A stretch of DNA of 63,768 nucleotides, filler included, from Saprolegnia diclina VS20 (lineage: Eukaryota), in NCBI RefSeq assembly GCF_000281045.1. It is 3 parts of 2 records of this genome, joined end to end, with 100 filler letters (N's around TTAATTAATTAA, not from the genome) between each part and the next. Parts side by side here need not be neighbours in the genome. Positions count along the whole stretch, not along the records: positions 32,096 to 56,487 come from NW_008246125.1; positions 56,588 to 63,768 come from NW_008246125.1; 1 more part is not named here. One strand, 5' to 3'. The notes beneath the pieces were generated by a model. The model saw only the letters and a program-made list of their open reading frames with translations, ran no database searches and was not told where the DNA came from. This document shows positions 46,357 to 57,502 of this stretch, one piece after another. Position numbers and translations under genes: made by a program. The first letter of the stretch is position 1, and each line of letters starts with the position of its first letter.

Positions 46357-48043
46357 CTACGACTCGAGGACCTCCACAATGTCTTCGTGACCAAACGCCT
46401 CGGCAAAGTCCCGCGCCGTGTACCCGTCCTACGCCACTGGCTTCAGCTGCTGGCGAATCGTCAAGTTGTACCTTGTTTCTGATCGTCTTGTCGGCCTTGG
46501 GCGCAAGGATCTCGACAATATCCAAGTAGCCTTCTTGGCAAGCGACCATGAGCGCCGTCGCACCGTGCTACACATATGCGCTCAAGTCTTTGATGATGGC
46601 TCGTAGTTATAGCTACCTCTTTCTCGCAGAGATCCACATTGGTCGCCGGGTGCATTGCGAGAAGCTCAACAATGTCGGCGTGGCCGCTCATTGTGGCTGA
46701 AATGAGCGCCGTGATCCCTTGCTGAATGAATCCATCAGTTCTCAAAGTCGGATGGTGGACGTACGCAGTCTTGCATGTTGCAGTCCACGTCCGGATGCTT
46801 CAAAAGGCGCTCGACAATGTTGGCGTGGCCGCCGTCCGCAGCGAGCATGAGCGCCGAAATGCCAAGCTACATCATATGAAGCTCTGCACGTTGGATCATG
46901 TCGTACTTCGTCCGTGACGTTGCAATCGATCGCGGGCTGCTCCAGCAAGAGCTTGACGACCTCCATTTGACCCGTGGTCGCTGCGACTAGCAGTGGCATG
47001 CCGCCATGCTACACGGGATTACTGGTCTAGGATACATTTCGGACGTCGTACGTACGTAAATGGCGGGGTGCTCGACGAGCAACTTGACGACGTCCAAGTG
47101 GTCCTCGCCCGACGAAAAGATCCAGGAGACAATCGCTTCCTGGCAGAGTTATCATCAATAGAAGTCACTTTGGTGCATCATCCTACCTTGTTGCTCTCGA
47201 TATGGCGCTGGACGATGGGGTGCGCGAGCAGCGCACGAACAACGTCCACGTGGTTGCCTTCGCACGCCGCGTTGAGCGCGGTGCTTTCATCCTGCACCAG
47301 CGTGCATCAGCAAGTTGCACGCAACAATTCGCGTATACCAGAGATTGAAGGCCAACGTCAACGGACGGGTGCTGAAGGAGCGCGTGGACGACGTCGGCGT
47401 GCCCAGATTGCGCCGCCAACATGAGCGCCGAGAAGCCCGCCTATGTAGTTCATTCGACATTGCTCGATATGGAGATCATTCGCACGTTGTCTTGCATGTT
47501 GATTTGGACGTCAGCGTGTGCCAATAGCGACGTGACAATGTCGGTGTGTCCCTCTTCACACGCGAGCATGAGCGCCGTCGCCCCCATCTACGTCATGTTA
47601 TTTAGCCTTGATGCAGAGACGGAATGATTCACGTTGTTTTGGGCGTTCGTATTGATGGTCTTGTGCTGCAGAAGCACGTCGACGATGCCAGCGTCACGGT
47701 TCAAGAACGACTGGACAATCAATGGCGTCCACCCATGCTAGCACGCATTAGCTTCCATGTCAACACAAGCATTGCGTATTACTTGGCATGCAAAGTTGAT
47801 GTCGGCCGACGCGTCAGCCAAGGCGGCCTTGGCCTCGGCGACCGACGACGCATGCATCAACGGCGTCCAGCTCTTGATGTCAAAGACGTCGGCTGTCGGT
47901 GCACCCGCGGTCGTCGAGGCAAAGCGCATCGGCGCCGTGCGCATGGGCATGAAGCAGGCGTCGCCGAAGCGCTTGGGTGCATGCGACAGCGGGCGATGAG
48001 CGGCGACCGCGCGGGCAGCAGCGCGAGCAGCGTGGCGAAGCAT
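46357..48043 (-). CDS. Multi-exon ankyrin-repeat protein (about 9-10 repeats), presequence-like N-terminus
   Basis: Repeats such as GATALMVACQEGYLDIVEIL, GITALISATMSGHADIVELL and GISALMLAADGGHANIVERLL. Start MLRHAARAAARAVAAHRPLS; stop TAG at 46357. Some exon boundaries are uncertain. Confidence 0.82.
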
Positions 48044-48485
48044 GATCCTTCGACGAAGCAATCGCAAATGATCGTCTCCGCCAATCACAAGCACCCAGTA
48101 TAAAGCAATATAAAGCGTTTTATTGATTTTTTAAATGCTCGATATAAATATCAAATCGCAACGGCAATCTCATGGCGTCACACCAGGAACAACGTCGCTA
48201 TGGGCTCTGTCCATGCTCAGTCTCTCGGCCTCACCAAGCTGGCTCCACTTCCTGGCTCCGACGATCGACGCCGATTTGTCGAGTTATGACAAGCTACAAT
48301 GCGCCGCGAGGGTGTACTGTGTGGGTCTAGCTCAAGGGAACATCTCTTCGTCCAGCTAGAGAATTTTTTTGTTTGAAGCGCATGAATTGAAGTGCATCAA
48401 GAATTCATATTAGTACATAATGCGTTGTAGAAATGTAGAAATGGATGCAAGCGCGGGTGCTGCTGAAGCCAAATAGATACGAGGC

Positions 48486-51400
48486 TCACGGTGCCAATGG
48501 CACGAGCGCTCTCGGTGTCTTGGCGATGAGACCCGTCTTCAAGTGCACGGCAACCGAGATGTCCTTAAACGTTGTGAGGAGGTCCGTGTCGGATACCGCA
48601 GTCGTGTACGAGCCCTGGAGGTGAGTGGCAAGCGTCCGGAGCGCGGTAAAGTTGCTGTGGCCAAACCCGACGCACGAGCTTTGGAGTCGGTACTTGGCAA
48701 ACTCGCTCGCAATACGCTGCGCCAAGGCCACGCCGTTCGCATTTTCATTCGGGTGCCCGTCCGAGAAGAAGAGCATGACAGGTGTGTAGAGTGTGTGGTC
48801 GTTGCGCGAGAGCACTTCGAGAGCACAGCGCAAGCCTTCGTCGTAGCTAGTCGTGTACCCTTGGAACGGAATCGGGATCGTCGTCGTTTGCGCCAACGGC
48901 TTGCCTTCGTAGACAATAGTGCCTTCGCAGCTGAACGTGATCACCGAGATGATGTCGGCGCAGCTGCGTGTTGCAGAAAGCTGCGCCACGTACGCGTGGA
49001 AGGCCACCATGAGGGCGTCCCAGTCGGCTCCTTTCATGGACCCGGACGCATCGAGCACAAAGATGTGGTGGTGGAGACCACTCGTCGCAAAGTGCTGGCA
49101 GTCAAACACGTGGCCTTGCACGAGCGACTGGCCACTCAAGAGCGTGCCGACGTCGGTGACAGGGGCATGCCACGCGTCCAAGGTGCAGTACGACGGTGAT
49201 GGATTCTTGTCGTCCTTGTGGCTCGGTGCTTCGCACATGTACGGGCATAAACCGAACTGTTTGCGCTCGAGGGCGCTCATGACCGGGTCTTCCCATCCAG
49301 CAATCTCCCAGTACGTTGCATGGAGCACTTCGTCCATGGGTTGGTTGGGATCCCACTGGAGCGTCGCGGCGCAGTGGCGGCGCCCGCCGCTAGCTGCTTG
49401 TGTGCAGGCAGCAGCCGACTCGTGCTCGCACGGCATGTAGTGCACGTGACCACGACCCATCTTCGTGCAGAAGAACGAGCACATTTCGGCGACACCGGCG
49501 TCTCCCGCCGTGTACCATCGCCCGTCGACGTCGACTTTCGCCAAGTTGGAGACGAATGTCGTTTCTTGCATGTTGCCGTGCGACGTCTTGTGCTTGCCGC
49601 TGTGGCCGTACTCCTTCTCGCAGTAGTAGCCACAGCACGGGCAGCGCGCGGCGCACGTGTGCACGGCCGCGTCGCAGCGATGGTCACCGTCGTGCTCGAG
49701 GCGATCGGCGTCCAAGCGGATGCAGCACGTTTTGCGCGACCCGTTCATGGCTTGGTGCGTGTACTCGAACTCGTTCAACTTGTTTTTGAACTTCTTGATC
49801 GTCTTCTCGAGCTGGACCTTGACCTCGCACATGCCCTCTTCATTGCAAATGGCGCGACACCAATGGTCTTGTCCGCACGAGTGGAGTGCGACTTCGTGAA
49901 AGTGGTCGACCGAAGCACACGTGTTGCCGCAGCCGTCGTAGCTGCAGCGATGCTGGCACCGGCTCGTGCCGCACGAGTGCTGCTCGTGCGACTCGACGAA
50001 CGAAAGCCGGCAGAGGTGCGAGCAGCTCGGCGCCGAGCACTGGGAGGGGCAAAAGTGCAGCTCGACGCTGCAGACATGTGCTCCGTCGTGCTCGACAGAC
50101 CGATGGCAGACCCCATCGCAGTTGCGTGCCTCGGCGTGCTTGCACACCTCTTGGCACGTGTGGTTCTTCTGTTTGCAGTTGCAGGCGCCCGTGTGGCCGG
50201 CCACCTCACCGCAGGCCAGCGCGCTGTCACACTCGCAGTGGGCACAGAAGCCCTCGCAGCGATGGCAGCCACCGCAGTCGTGCTCGCCCTCGTGCAAGAA
50301 GGACACGCAGCACGTGAGTTTGCACTCCTTGCACGCGTGATCACAGCGGCGGAGAAGCTGGTTCATCTTGGAGGCGCACGCGTCCAGCTCGTCAATCACA
50401 TCGCGGTGGGTATCCTTCATCGACTTGAGCCAAGCGCGGACACGGTGAATGCGGCGCCACACCACATACTTCCAGAGCACGTCGAACCGCGCTTCGTGCG
50501 CAACCCGGCGTGGTGCACCGATGTGGGTCATGTACTGCTGCAGGTGTGTCGACAGCGTCGTCTTGGCCGTCTCCAAGTTGGCCGACGCGGCGATCGGGCC
50601 GTCAAAATCCACATTCAGCACAATGGTGGCATCAAGGGGCACCGCCGCCGTCTCGAGCTCGGTCATCCCCATCAATTGCCGCTGACTCGCCATGGCAGCA
50701 TCGTCGTCAGGTCCCAGCGACGTCACGTTGTTGTCTTCATCGAGCTGGCCGTATCGCAGAGCGTGGCGGACTTGTTGGCAACCCCGTGCTTTTTTCACAG
50801 CCTGGACGTTCTCGTCCATGGACCGCCAGTCGCGCCGCGCCACCTTAGCGAGTACAATCGCAAGGACTTCGTGGCAGTCGGCGCCGTTTGTGTACGCCTT
50901 GTCGTCCCACGCCTCGGCCAAGGACAAGGCGGCGTCGGCAAGCCCCTCGTAGTAGCCCCGTTTGTTGGTCGGTGCAGAGGCCGTGACGAGGACTGCACCG
51001 CCGTACATAACAGTGACAAAGTTCTCGGCTGTGTTGTCTTGCAGGAGACTCTGGAGTTTGCGTTGGAACTCGGCGATCACATCTTTCTCGTCGTCCTCGT
51101 TCACATCCTTGGCGTTGAGGTACAGCTGGCCTCGGAAGAGGCGGTCGTCGCCCTTGAGCATCGCGACGCCGTGCTGGAACTTGTCAAACATGGCATCAAT
51201 GTCCTTGTCAAAGCGCATCTCGATGCGAAAGACTGTGAGATGCGCGATGGCTGCGTTGAGGATCGAGAGAAGCGTGTCTTCCTGAGCACTGCGCTCCATG
51301 GACCCGAGACCTTCAAAGTCCAGTACGACAACGAGACCGGCGCTCGATCGACAGAGCGTGAGCCAGACGCCGTTCGTGCAGCGTCCGCCCGCGCTCGCAA

Positions 51401-54344
51401 ACGAGCTGCCCGTGAGATGATTGAGAAAGTACGACTTGCCCGTCGACTGCTTCCCCATGGACGTAACGACGACGACCGGAAGTGTCGATGCCTTGAGAAT
51501 GTGGCTCACGGCGCCGAGGCTAATTTGCTGGGCCACGTCGTGCACTTCACCACACGCGTCATAGTTGACGGGGTTGCCGTGGCGCAGGAGCACGAGCTCG
51601 TTGTCGCGCGCGAGACAAATCGGCACCGGCACAAATCCAATGAGCGCGAAAAGCCAGTGCCCGAGGTCCATCGTCGGCCACGCGGCGTCGCCATCAAACA
51701 CCGCAGTGTCGGCGAGCGCGAGTGACGAAATGTTCTTCTCAGGGTTCTTCTCGAGCTTTGCCAGCTTTTTCATGATGGCCTCGAGCAAATTGATGACGAT
51801 CTTGCGGCGGTCGGGCGTCAACGACTGCACGTGCACTTGAAGCGTCGTCGGCAAGAGGTCCGTGCTTTTGTCCATCTCGGCGAGCATCGGGCGGACAGGA
51901 AATTTCTCAAAGACGTGGTAGAGCGCCGAGAGCATGTGGGTGTCGCTGGCGGACGCGGGCTCTGCCTTTTGCTCACAGTTGAGCTGCCAATCGACCTTGC
52001 CCGTCACGATGGTGACCTTGAGCGTGACCATCGTGTCGGTCGTCGAGTCCAACAAAACGACCACATCGCCGTACGCGCGGGCTTTGGTGGTACTCCAATT
52101 TAACGCCACGGGCAGCGTCATCTCGGCGTTGGGCAGCGGGTCGTGGCTCTGCACCTCAAGCGTCTCGAGGCGAAGACCCTGGCCGTCGAGTGGCACGAGC
52201 CGCACCAAGAACGCGCCGTTGTGGAGCATGACGAGCTTCGTGTCGGGTGTCGCAATGAAGCGCGGTGCGTACTTGGAGTGCTGTTGTGTGCGCAAAAAGT
52301 AGGACTGCGCACTGCCGTCGTCGCCCACGCACAGAATGCCGTGGTTGGCACCACCAAAGAGCGACATCGATGCGTACGGCTTCGACGGGCGCAAGCGGCT
52401 CAAGTCATAGTGGTGGGCTGGTTCCAAGAGCTTGAACGACTCGCTAAAGGCGTACATGACCACCGTCGACTCCGAGTGCTGAAGCGCGAGCAGACGATGG
52501 GACACGTCAAAGTCGCAGCGCTGCGCGAGTCGCGAGAACTCTTTTGTGATGAGCGCTTTCGCCGAGAGCGCCCCGTTCAATCGGTATGCGTGGACGTGCG
52601 TTTTGTCTCCAGACGTAAAGACGACGATCACCACACGCGTGACCAGCACGACGTAAATCACATTGGCGTCATGCGGCAGCTTGATCGACGCAAGCGGTGC
52701 ACTGCCGATCGGTGTGAGCTCGAGCGACATCGCGGTACCGACAACGCGCTCCTGGGTGTACTTGAGGGTGCTGATGGTGCCAAAGTAGCCCGTGCTCGTC
52801 GATTCGAGCGTCGTGACGAGGGCCGTCGGTACTTTCTTTTCGTTGGTGGCCGCGACCGCCTCAAGAAATGCGTTGTGCACTAGCTCTTCTTGCTTTGCGC
52901 GCAAGATAGCTTGCAGGTCTTTTTTGCTCGCAAGGGCATTGTAGCACTGAATGGTGACGGGGTCGGCGACGCTCTCGCTCCAAAGGAACGCGCGGAAGCT
53001 GTGGCACCAGTCGTCATAGCGCGATTCCAGGTCGCCTCGAATGCGTGGCAGAATTACGTCCATGGCGGGCTTGTACTTGGCCTTGAGGTACGGGAACGTG
53101 AGGTGGCCCGTTTTCGACCAAGGAAAATACGCCGTCTTGGTCGTCTTCTTGGCAAGGTCTCCGTCGCGCTTGCACAAGTCTTCGTACGCGTGCTGGATGA
53201 CCATCGCGACGCTTGCCGCCAATGACTCGGGCAGCGCGATCATGTCGCCAAGGCTGTACTCCAGCGCCTCCCACCTGTTCTTCAGGAGGGTTTGTGCGTC
53301 GACCTCGTCGGCTTCTGTCGTTGCCTCGTTCAAGTAAAAGAGGGTGGTTGCCGCTGCTACAACGCACGCCTCCATGTCTTCCAGCTGCGCGCGCGCTTTC
53401 GTCTCAGCCTCGGTATGCAAATCGGCCTTGAGGGATTCGATCGTGAGGCACGAGAGCGCCGCGGGCAGAGCGCGCATCTGTGCAAGCACCGCATACTTCC
53501 AGTCGTACGGCAGCTGCGCCTTGAGCTCAAAGCGGTACGTGGATGTGACAGTCATAAACCACTTGGCAAACTCGGTGGGCAACGAGACCTTGCTGAACGT
53601 GGTTTCTTTGCGAACGTCGCGGTCCTCGGACGTGCGCATAGTCACGGCGGTGGCGCCCGTTGCGCAAGCGAGCGTCACGTCCTTCGCCGTTGCTGCTACC
53701 GACACGAGCTCGCACGAAACGTTTTCCTCCACGACAGTTGCCTTGTTGATGGAAAACCTGACGGCGTGCTGCTTGCGCTTCGTCTCCTTGCGCGTCTCGA
53801 CATCTGCCGTCTCGAGGGCAGGCCAGTCGGCTTCCTCGAGACACCAGCGCACGGTCGGCGTCAGCGTCGTTATGAAGCGGAGGGCATACGTCGCCTGCTC
53901 CCGCAGGTGCTGCGGAGTGAACGACGCGTCGAGAAGCCACGTAAAGAGGACGAGCTTGGGCCGGTCGCTCGTCTCGGGCACCAAAATCGCGTATACGCCT
54001 TCGTGGGCCGGCTGCAAGTACTCCTCGAGGTTCGACGGCCACCAGCCTTGGGCGCGAAGATCCGCTGCAACCGCTGCTTGCTTGCCAAAGCACGCAAGGA
54101 CATCGACGCCCTTGGTACTCGTCTTCTGGGTGCAACACGTGTTGATAAAGAGTCCGAGTTGGCGCTCTTGCGTCATCGTGGCGTTCGCGTCGATGACCCC
54201 CAGCGCGCGAAGAAGGCGGAAGAGCTCGGTCTCGACGAGCGTTGGCTGGAAGATGTCGGACCCATCGTCGAGTCGGACGACAGTCTCAAGCAGATGGTAG
54301 CACGTGAGGCCCTCGTAGCTCGTCGCCACGCTCTTGTTTGCCAT
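48486..54344 (-). CDS. Giant (1952 aa) GBP/atlastin/VLIG-like P-loop GTPase with Cys/His-rich region and C-terminal vWA domain
   Basis: G1 GKQSTGKS, G2 GRCTNGVW, G3 LDFEGLGS; about 400 aa of C/H-rich zinc-finger-like repeats; vWA HHIFVLDASGSM...T...FFSDG. Single exon; ATG 54344. Confidence 0.85.
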   Translation of the reverse strand: MANKSVATSYEGLTCYHLLETVVRLDDGSDIFQPTLVETELFRLLRALGVIDANATMTQERQLGLFINTCCTQKTSTKGVDVLACFGKQAAVAADLRAQGWWPSNLEEYLQPAHEGVYAILVPETSDRPKLVLFTWLLDASFTPQHLREQATYALRFITTLTPTVRWCLEEADWPALETADVETRKETKRKQHAVRFSINKATVVEENVSCELVSVAATAKDVTLACATGATAVTMRTSEDRDVRKETTFSKVSLPTEFAKWFMTVTSTYRFELKAQLPYDWKYAVLAQMRALPAALSCLTIESLKADLHTEAETKARAQLEDMEACVVAAATTLFYLNEATTEADEVDAQTLLKNRWEALEYSLGDMIALPESLAASVAMVIQHAYEDLCKRDGDLAKKTTKTAYFPWSKTGHLTFPYLKAKYKPAMDVILPRIRGDLESRYDDWCHSFRAFLWSESVADPVTIQCYNALASKKDLQAILRAKQEELVHNAFLEAVAATNEKKVPTALVTTLESTSTGYFGTISTLKYTQERVVGTAMSLELTPIGSAPLASIKLPHDANVIYVVLVTRVVIVVFTSGDKTHVHAYRLNGALSAKALITKEFSRLAQRCDFDVSHRLLALQHSESTVVMYAFSESFKLLEPAHHYDLSRLRPSKPYASMSLFGGANHGILCVGDDGSAQSYFLRTQQHSKYAPRFIATPDTKLVMLHNGAFLVRLVPLDGQGLRLETLEVQSHDPLPNAEMTLPVALNWSTTKARAYGDVVVLLDSTTDTMVTLKVTIVTGKVDWQLNCEQKAEPASASDTHMLSALYHVFEKFPVRPMLAEMDKSTDLLPTTLQVHVQSLTPDRRKIVINLLEAIMKKLAKLEKNPEKNISSLALADTAVFDGDAAWPTMDLGHWLFALIGFVPVPICLARDNELVLLRHGNPVNYDACGEVHDVAQQISLGAVSHILKASTLPVVVVTSMGKQSTGKSYFLNHLTGSSFASAGGRCTNGVWLTLCRSSAGLVVVLDFEGLGSMERSAQEDTLLSILNAAIAHLTVFRIEMRFDKDIDAMFDKFQHGVAMLKGDDRLFRGQLYLNAKDVNEDDEKDVIAEFQRKLQSLLQDNTAENFVTVMYGGAVLVTASAPTNKRGYYEGLADAALSLAEAWDDKAYTNGADCHEVLAIVLAKVARRDWRSMDENVQAVKKARGCQQVRHALRYGQLDEDNNVTSLGPDDDAAMASQRQLMGMTELETAAVPLDATIVLNVDFDGPIAASANLETAKTTLSTHLQQYMTHIGAPRRVAHEARFDVLWKYVVWRRIHRVRAWLKSMKDTHRDVIDELDACASKMNQLLRRCDHACKECKLTCCVSFLHEGEHDCGGCHRCEGFCAHCECDSALACGEVAGHTGACNCKQKNHTCQEVCKHAEARNCDGVCHRSVEHDGAHVCSVELHFCPSQCSAPSCSHLCRLSFVESHEQHSCGTSRCQHRCSYDGCGNTCASVDHFHEVALHSCGQDHWCRAICNEEGMCEVKVQLEKTIKKFKNKLNEFEYTHQAMNGSRKTCCIRLDADRLEHDGDHRCDAAVHTCAARCPCCGYYCEKEYGHSGKHKTSHGNMQETTFVSNLAKVDVDGRWYTAGDAGVAEMCSFFCTKMGRGHVHYMPCEHESAAACTQAASGGRRHCAATLQWDPNQPMDEVLHATYWEIAGWEDPVMSALERKQFGLCPYMCEAPSHKDDKNPSPSYCTLDAWHAPVTDVGTLLSGQSLVQGHVFDCQHFATSGLHHHIFVLDASGSMKGADWDALMVAFHAYVAQLSATRSCADIISVITFSCEGTIVYEGKPLAQTTTIPIPFQGYTTSYDEGLRCALEVLSRNDHTLYTPVMLFFSDGHPNENANGVALAQRIASEFAKYRLQSSCVGFGHSNFTALRTLATHLQGSYTTAVSDTDLLTTFKDISVAVHLKTGLIAKTPRALVPLAP

Positions 54345-55010
54345 GGCGCGCTCTGCTCGATGGCAAATTGCTGAATGCGAGATACGGGCATGCCTCGACC
54401 AACCTGCATTCTGCGCTTGATAAATGTTTTGTTGATGAATCTTATCAAGTGGTTGCATTGACATGCGAAAATAATGCTGTGTATTGTTATAAACACTCGT
54501 ATTACACAGTGTTTAAAACCATAAACAACAGTGTTGATACAAAGCGTCAACGCTGCCATGCTGCCCATCTGGAAGCTGAGCACCATGTCGAGGTCAACGC
54601 ATGAAAGCCCGTACAACACCAACACTAAAGGGGTGCGCTTGAGCTAGCGATCCTACCTACTCGAAACAAGCTCTCGAAACTGATTCTGTCGACGCGTCGG
54701 CCAAGGCGACTGACGACGCTGACACCAGCTCTTACAGTACATCACACGGGTTATCTTGAGGTGCAAACGTTGTGCTTGTGTCGCTCAAGCCAAATGCGTT
54801 GAGATTATGGGCATGAAGCACGCGCCACGAAAGCTCTTCGCCGCTACAGTAGTGACAGGAGACAGTGTGCGAAGCACGATCCGGGACGAGTCAATCGTGG
54901 TTGATCGTCTTCTCCGCGTGCCAGCGTCGAATGCATCATATGTCTTCACTCTTTCTCAATATCAACCAAAAATAGACGCGACAGGCGGCGACTTGACAAG
55001 AACAACCGCC

Positions 55011-55688
55011 ATGAAGTTTCCTTGGCTCGAGCTCGCCAAGCTGGCACGACCCCGGTCCCTCTCCGCGCCCGCCGAGCCTCAATGCGACGAGGTCAGCAAT
55101 GATGCGCTAGGCTCATGGCTGCGTCAACCAAAGAGCCGAGATACTACCACCCAAGAGAATGAACTAGATGATGTGCAGGCCGAGCTGCTCATTGAAGCCG
55201 CCAAGGTCGGCAACGTCGACGAAGTCCGGCGACTCTGTGAGGTCGTGGGGGTTGACGTCGATATGCGCGGGTATATGGGCTGGACCGCCGCGCACTGGGC
55301 GGCGCGCCAGGGCCACGTTCACGTCCTCGAAGTGCTGCATCGCCTCGGAGCCAACTTGGACTCGCTCGACTGCCGCGTACTGCGTCGCATTCCGTTCTTT
55401 TTGTCTCAATGGGAGCTGGACTAGGGCGATTGCCTCTTGCACAAAGCAGCGGCCAACGGTCAGCTGCAAACATGCAAATGGCTCCTCCAGCACACATTCA
55501 ATGTTCACGCAACCAACAAGCATGTGCGTACAACTTGAAACTTGACGGACATAGGAGGTATATTGTTCTCTCTATGTTAGGGCATGACCCCGCTCGACTT
55601 GGCGCGCGAGAAGGTTCGTCATGACAAAGATGCTACAACGGTAGCATGCGAAGCCCTTTTGGCCGACGCCGCCGAGTGCACGTTTTAA
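55011..55688 (+). CDS. Small ankyrin-repeat protein
   Basis: LIEAAKVGNVDEVRRL, GWTAAHWAARQGH, GDCLLHKAAANGQ, GMTPLDLA. Introns 55377-55424 and 55524-55580. Confidence 0.87.
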
Positions 55689-56301
55689 CAAATAGGCAAC
55701 ATTTTCACATCATACATACACGATAACTCTATCGGAGATGCTTCTATACCCTTGCATGTATGTAGACCGGACGTTTTGAGAACGCCAACACGATGCAAAC
55801 GTGCTATTAAGACTTGTTTAGTGTCTGCTGAGCAAATCTCTACTAGTATATTAGTACAGATTAAGTGTCGCAACTCGACGCATAATGTAGCTTTTTGAGG
55901 TCCTCAAGAGGCGCCAGTAACCGAGACGGGTGTTATCAAGTGTCAATAAACAGTTTATTCGCCCATGGTGTTATTAACGGCACCAGCATTGCTACTCGTA
56001 TTTTTGTGAGTGCATTTCAGCGCCTGAGTTCTTCGTGCAACATGTTTCCAAGCAAGTTCGTACTAGTACATGCCACAAAACTTACCCTGTCCTGTATCAG
56101 TTGGGCCACAGGTCGCACTGTCAACCCGTAGTGGCCCGCAAAAATCACAAGATCCCAATCCCAGCGCTTGTAGATCACGGAGCCGTCAAAGATATTTCTG
56201 GTTCGTTGCTGTCAGCGCAAACGCAACGAATGATGCAAAAGAAACACATATTCAAGTTCATGACAAGGACACAAGAATGCACGCTACAGATGAACGCGAA
56301 T

Positions 56302-56487
56302 CTAGTAGCCGGTACCACCGTTACCGGGGGTCACACTGCCAGGCGCAACCGTCGGGGCGCCAGTCGGGACCGTCGACGGGTTACCACCGGGCGTCACGCC
56401 GCCGTTGTTGGGCGTCGGGCCGGGTTTGCCGCCGGTGTTCGAGTTGATGTTAATGTTGGCGTTGGGGTTGACGTTGGGGTTGACGTT
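56302..56487 (-). CDS. 3' end of a low-complexity N/P/G/T-rich protein (5' part in the gap)
   Basis: Minus strand reads NVNPNVNPNANININSNTGGKPGPTPNNGGVTPGGNPSTVPTGAPTVAPGSVTPGNGGTGY-stop with typical codon bias. Confidence 0.65.
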   Translation of the reverse strand, partial: NVNPNVNPNANININSNTGGKPGPTPNNGGVTPGGNPSTVPTGAPTVAPGSVTPGNGGTGY

Positions 56488-56587
56488 NNNNNNNNNNNNN
56501 NNNNNNNNNNNNNNNNNNNNNNNNNNNNNNNTTAATTAATTAANNNNNNNNNNNNNNNNNNNNNNNNNNNNNNNNNNNNNNNNNNNN
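56488..56587. other. Assembly gap with artificial linker
   Basis: N44-TTAATTAATTAA (56532-56543)-N44. Confidence 0.95.
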
Positions 56588-56752
56588 TTCGTGATGACAC
56601 AAGTGGCGCAAGGCTTGCTGCAGCCGACATTTGCGGCCGTGGGCGTGCCGTCGTGGGTGCACGAGATCGCACTGCAGTGTCTCCAGACGGACCCGGTACT
56701 GCGACCCACCGCAGCGCAGCTGAGTAGTAAGATTCGGAAACGCGCGGCCTAA
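56588..56752 (+). CDS. 3' end of a TKL-type protein kinase (subdomains X-XI)
   Basis: Reads FVMTQVAQGLLQPTF...PSWVHEIALQCLQTDPVLRPTAAQL..-stop. C-L-x-x-D-P-x-x-R-P-T is the kinase subdomain XI signature. Not in the ORF track. Confidence 0.78.
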   Translation, partial: FVMTQVAQGLLQPTFAAVGVPSWVHEIALQCLQTDPVLRPTAAQLSSKIRKRAA

Positions 56753-57502
56753 TGAAGTTACAGATGCGACTTGGTAAGTAAAAAATGAGATGTTGAAATG
56801 GATTTTGAACTTAAGTATGGCGGGGCTCTTTGCTTTACTCGACACTTGTTGCATACATGAATGTTTTTCTGAGACTGTTCCTACTGTAGCGTGCTTTGCT
56901 GGCGCTTGGGTGCGGGCGGTAGCTCGGCGTCGATGGAGCTGCTTGTGGCTTCCGTCGTGTCGTGGGCCAGAAGGTGCTGGAGGACACGTTTTAGTGTAGT
57001 ATGCGTGAAATGTGAGATATGGTGTGGGAAACGTGGCAATATACAGGGGTATAAATAATGAAAGGCTCTGAGCTGAATGTACTGCATCACTTGGTTCATG
57101 CACATACCTTTTTACAAAGGTTATTCTTTTATAAAGGTAAACCATGTCTCATAAGCAACGTCAACCAGCCAATCCGATCACAGGATTTGACTTCAACCAC
57201 CGAGCAATGGCATGCTCATGCAGCTCCCTGCCAAGTCACTGGACGCTGACGTGTAGACGCGCAAGAACCTCGTCCATGTTGTAATCGCTAGCGTGCGCAG
57301 GGTAGTCCACCTCCTATCTGAATGCGTCGACGCCAGCAGCGCGATGATGCGAGATACCGCTATCGGACAATGAATTCAAAACCATGATGACGAGCACACA
57401 CATTGTCTTTTCGATCGCCGTTCGAGCCAGCGATGCGGGATTTGCGTCGGCCAATAAGTTCCATGCACTGCACCTTCTCGAATACACATTATCATAGATT
57501 TA

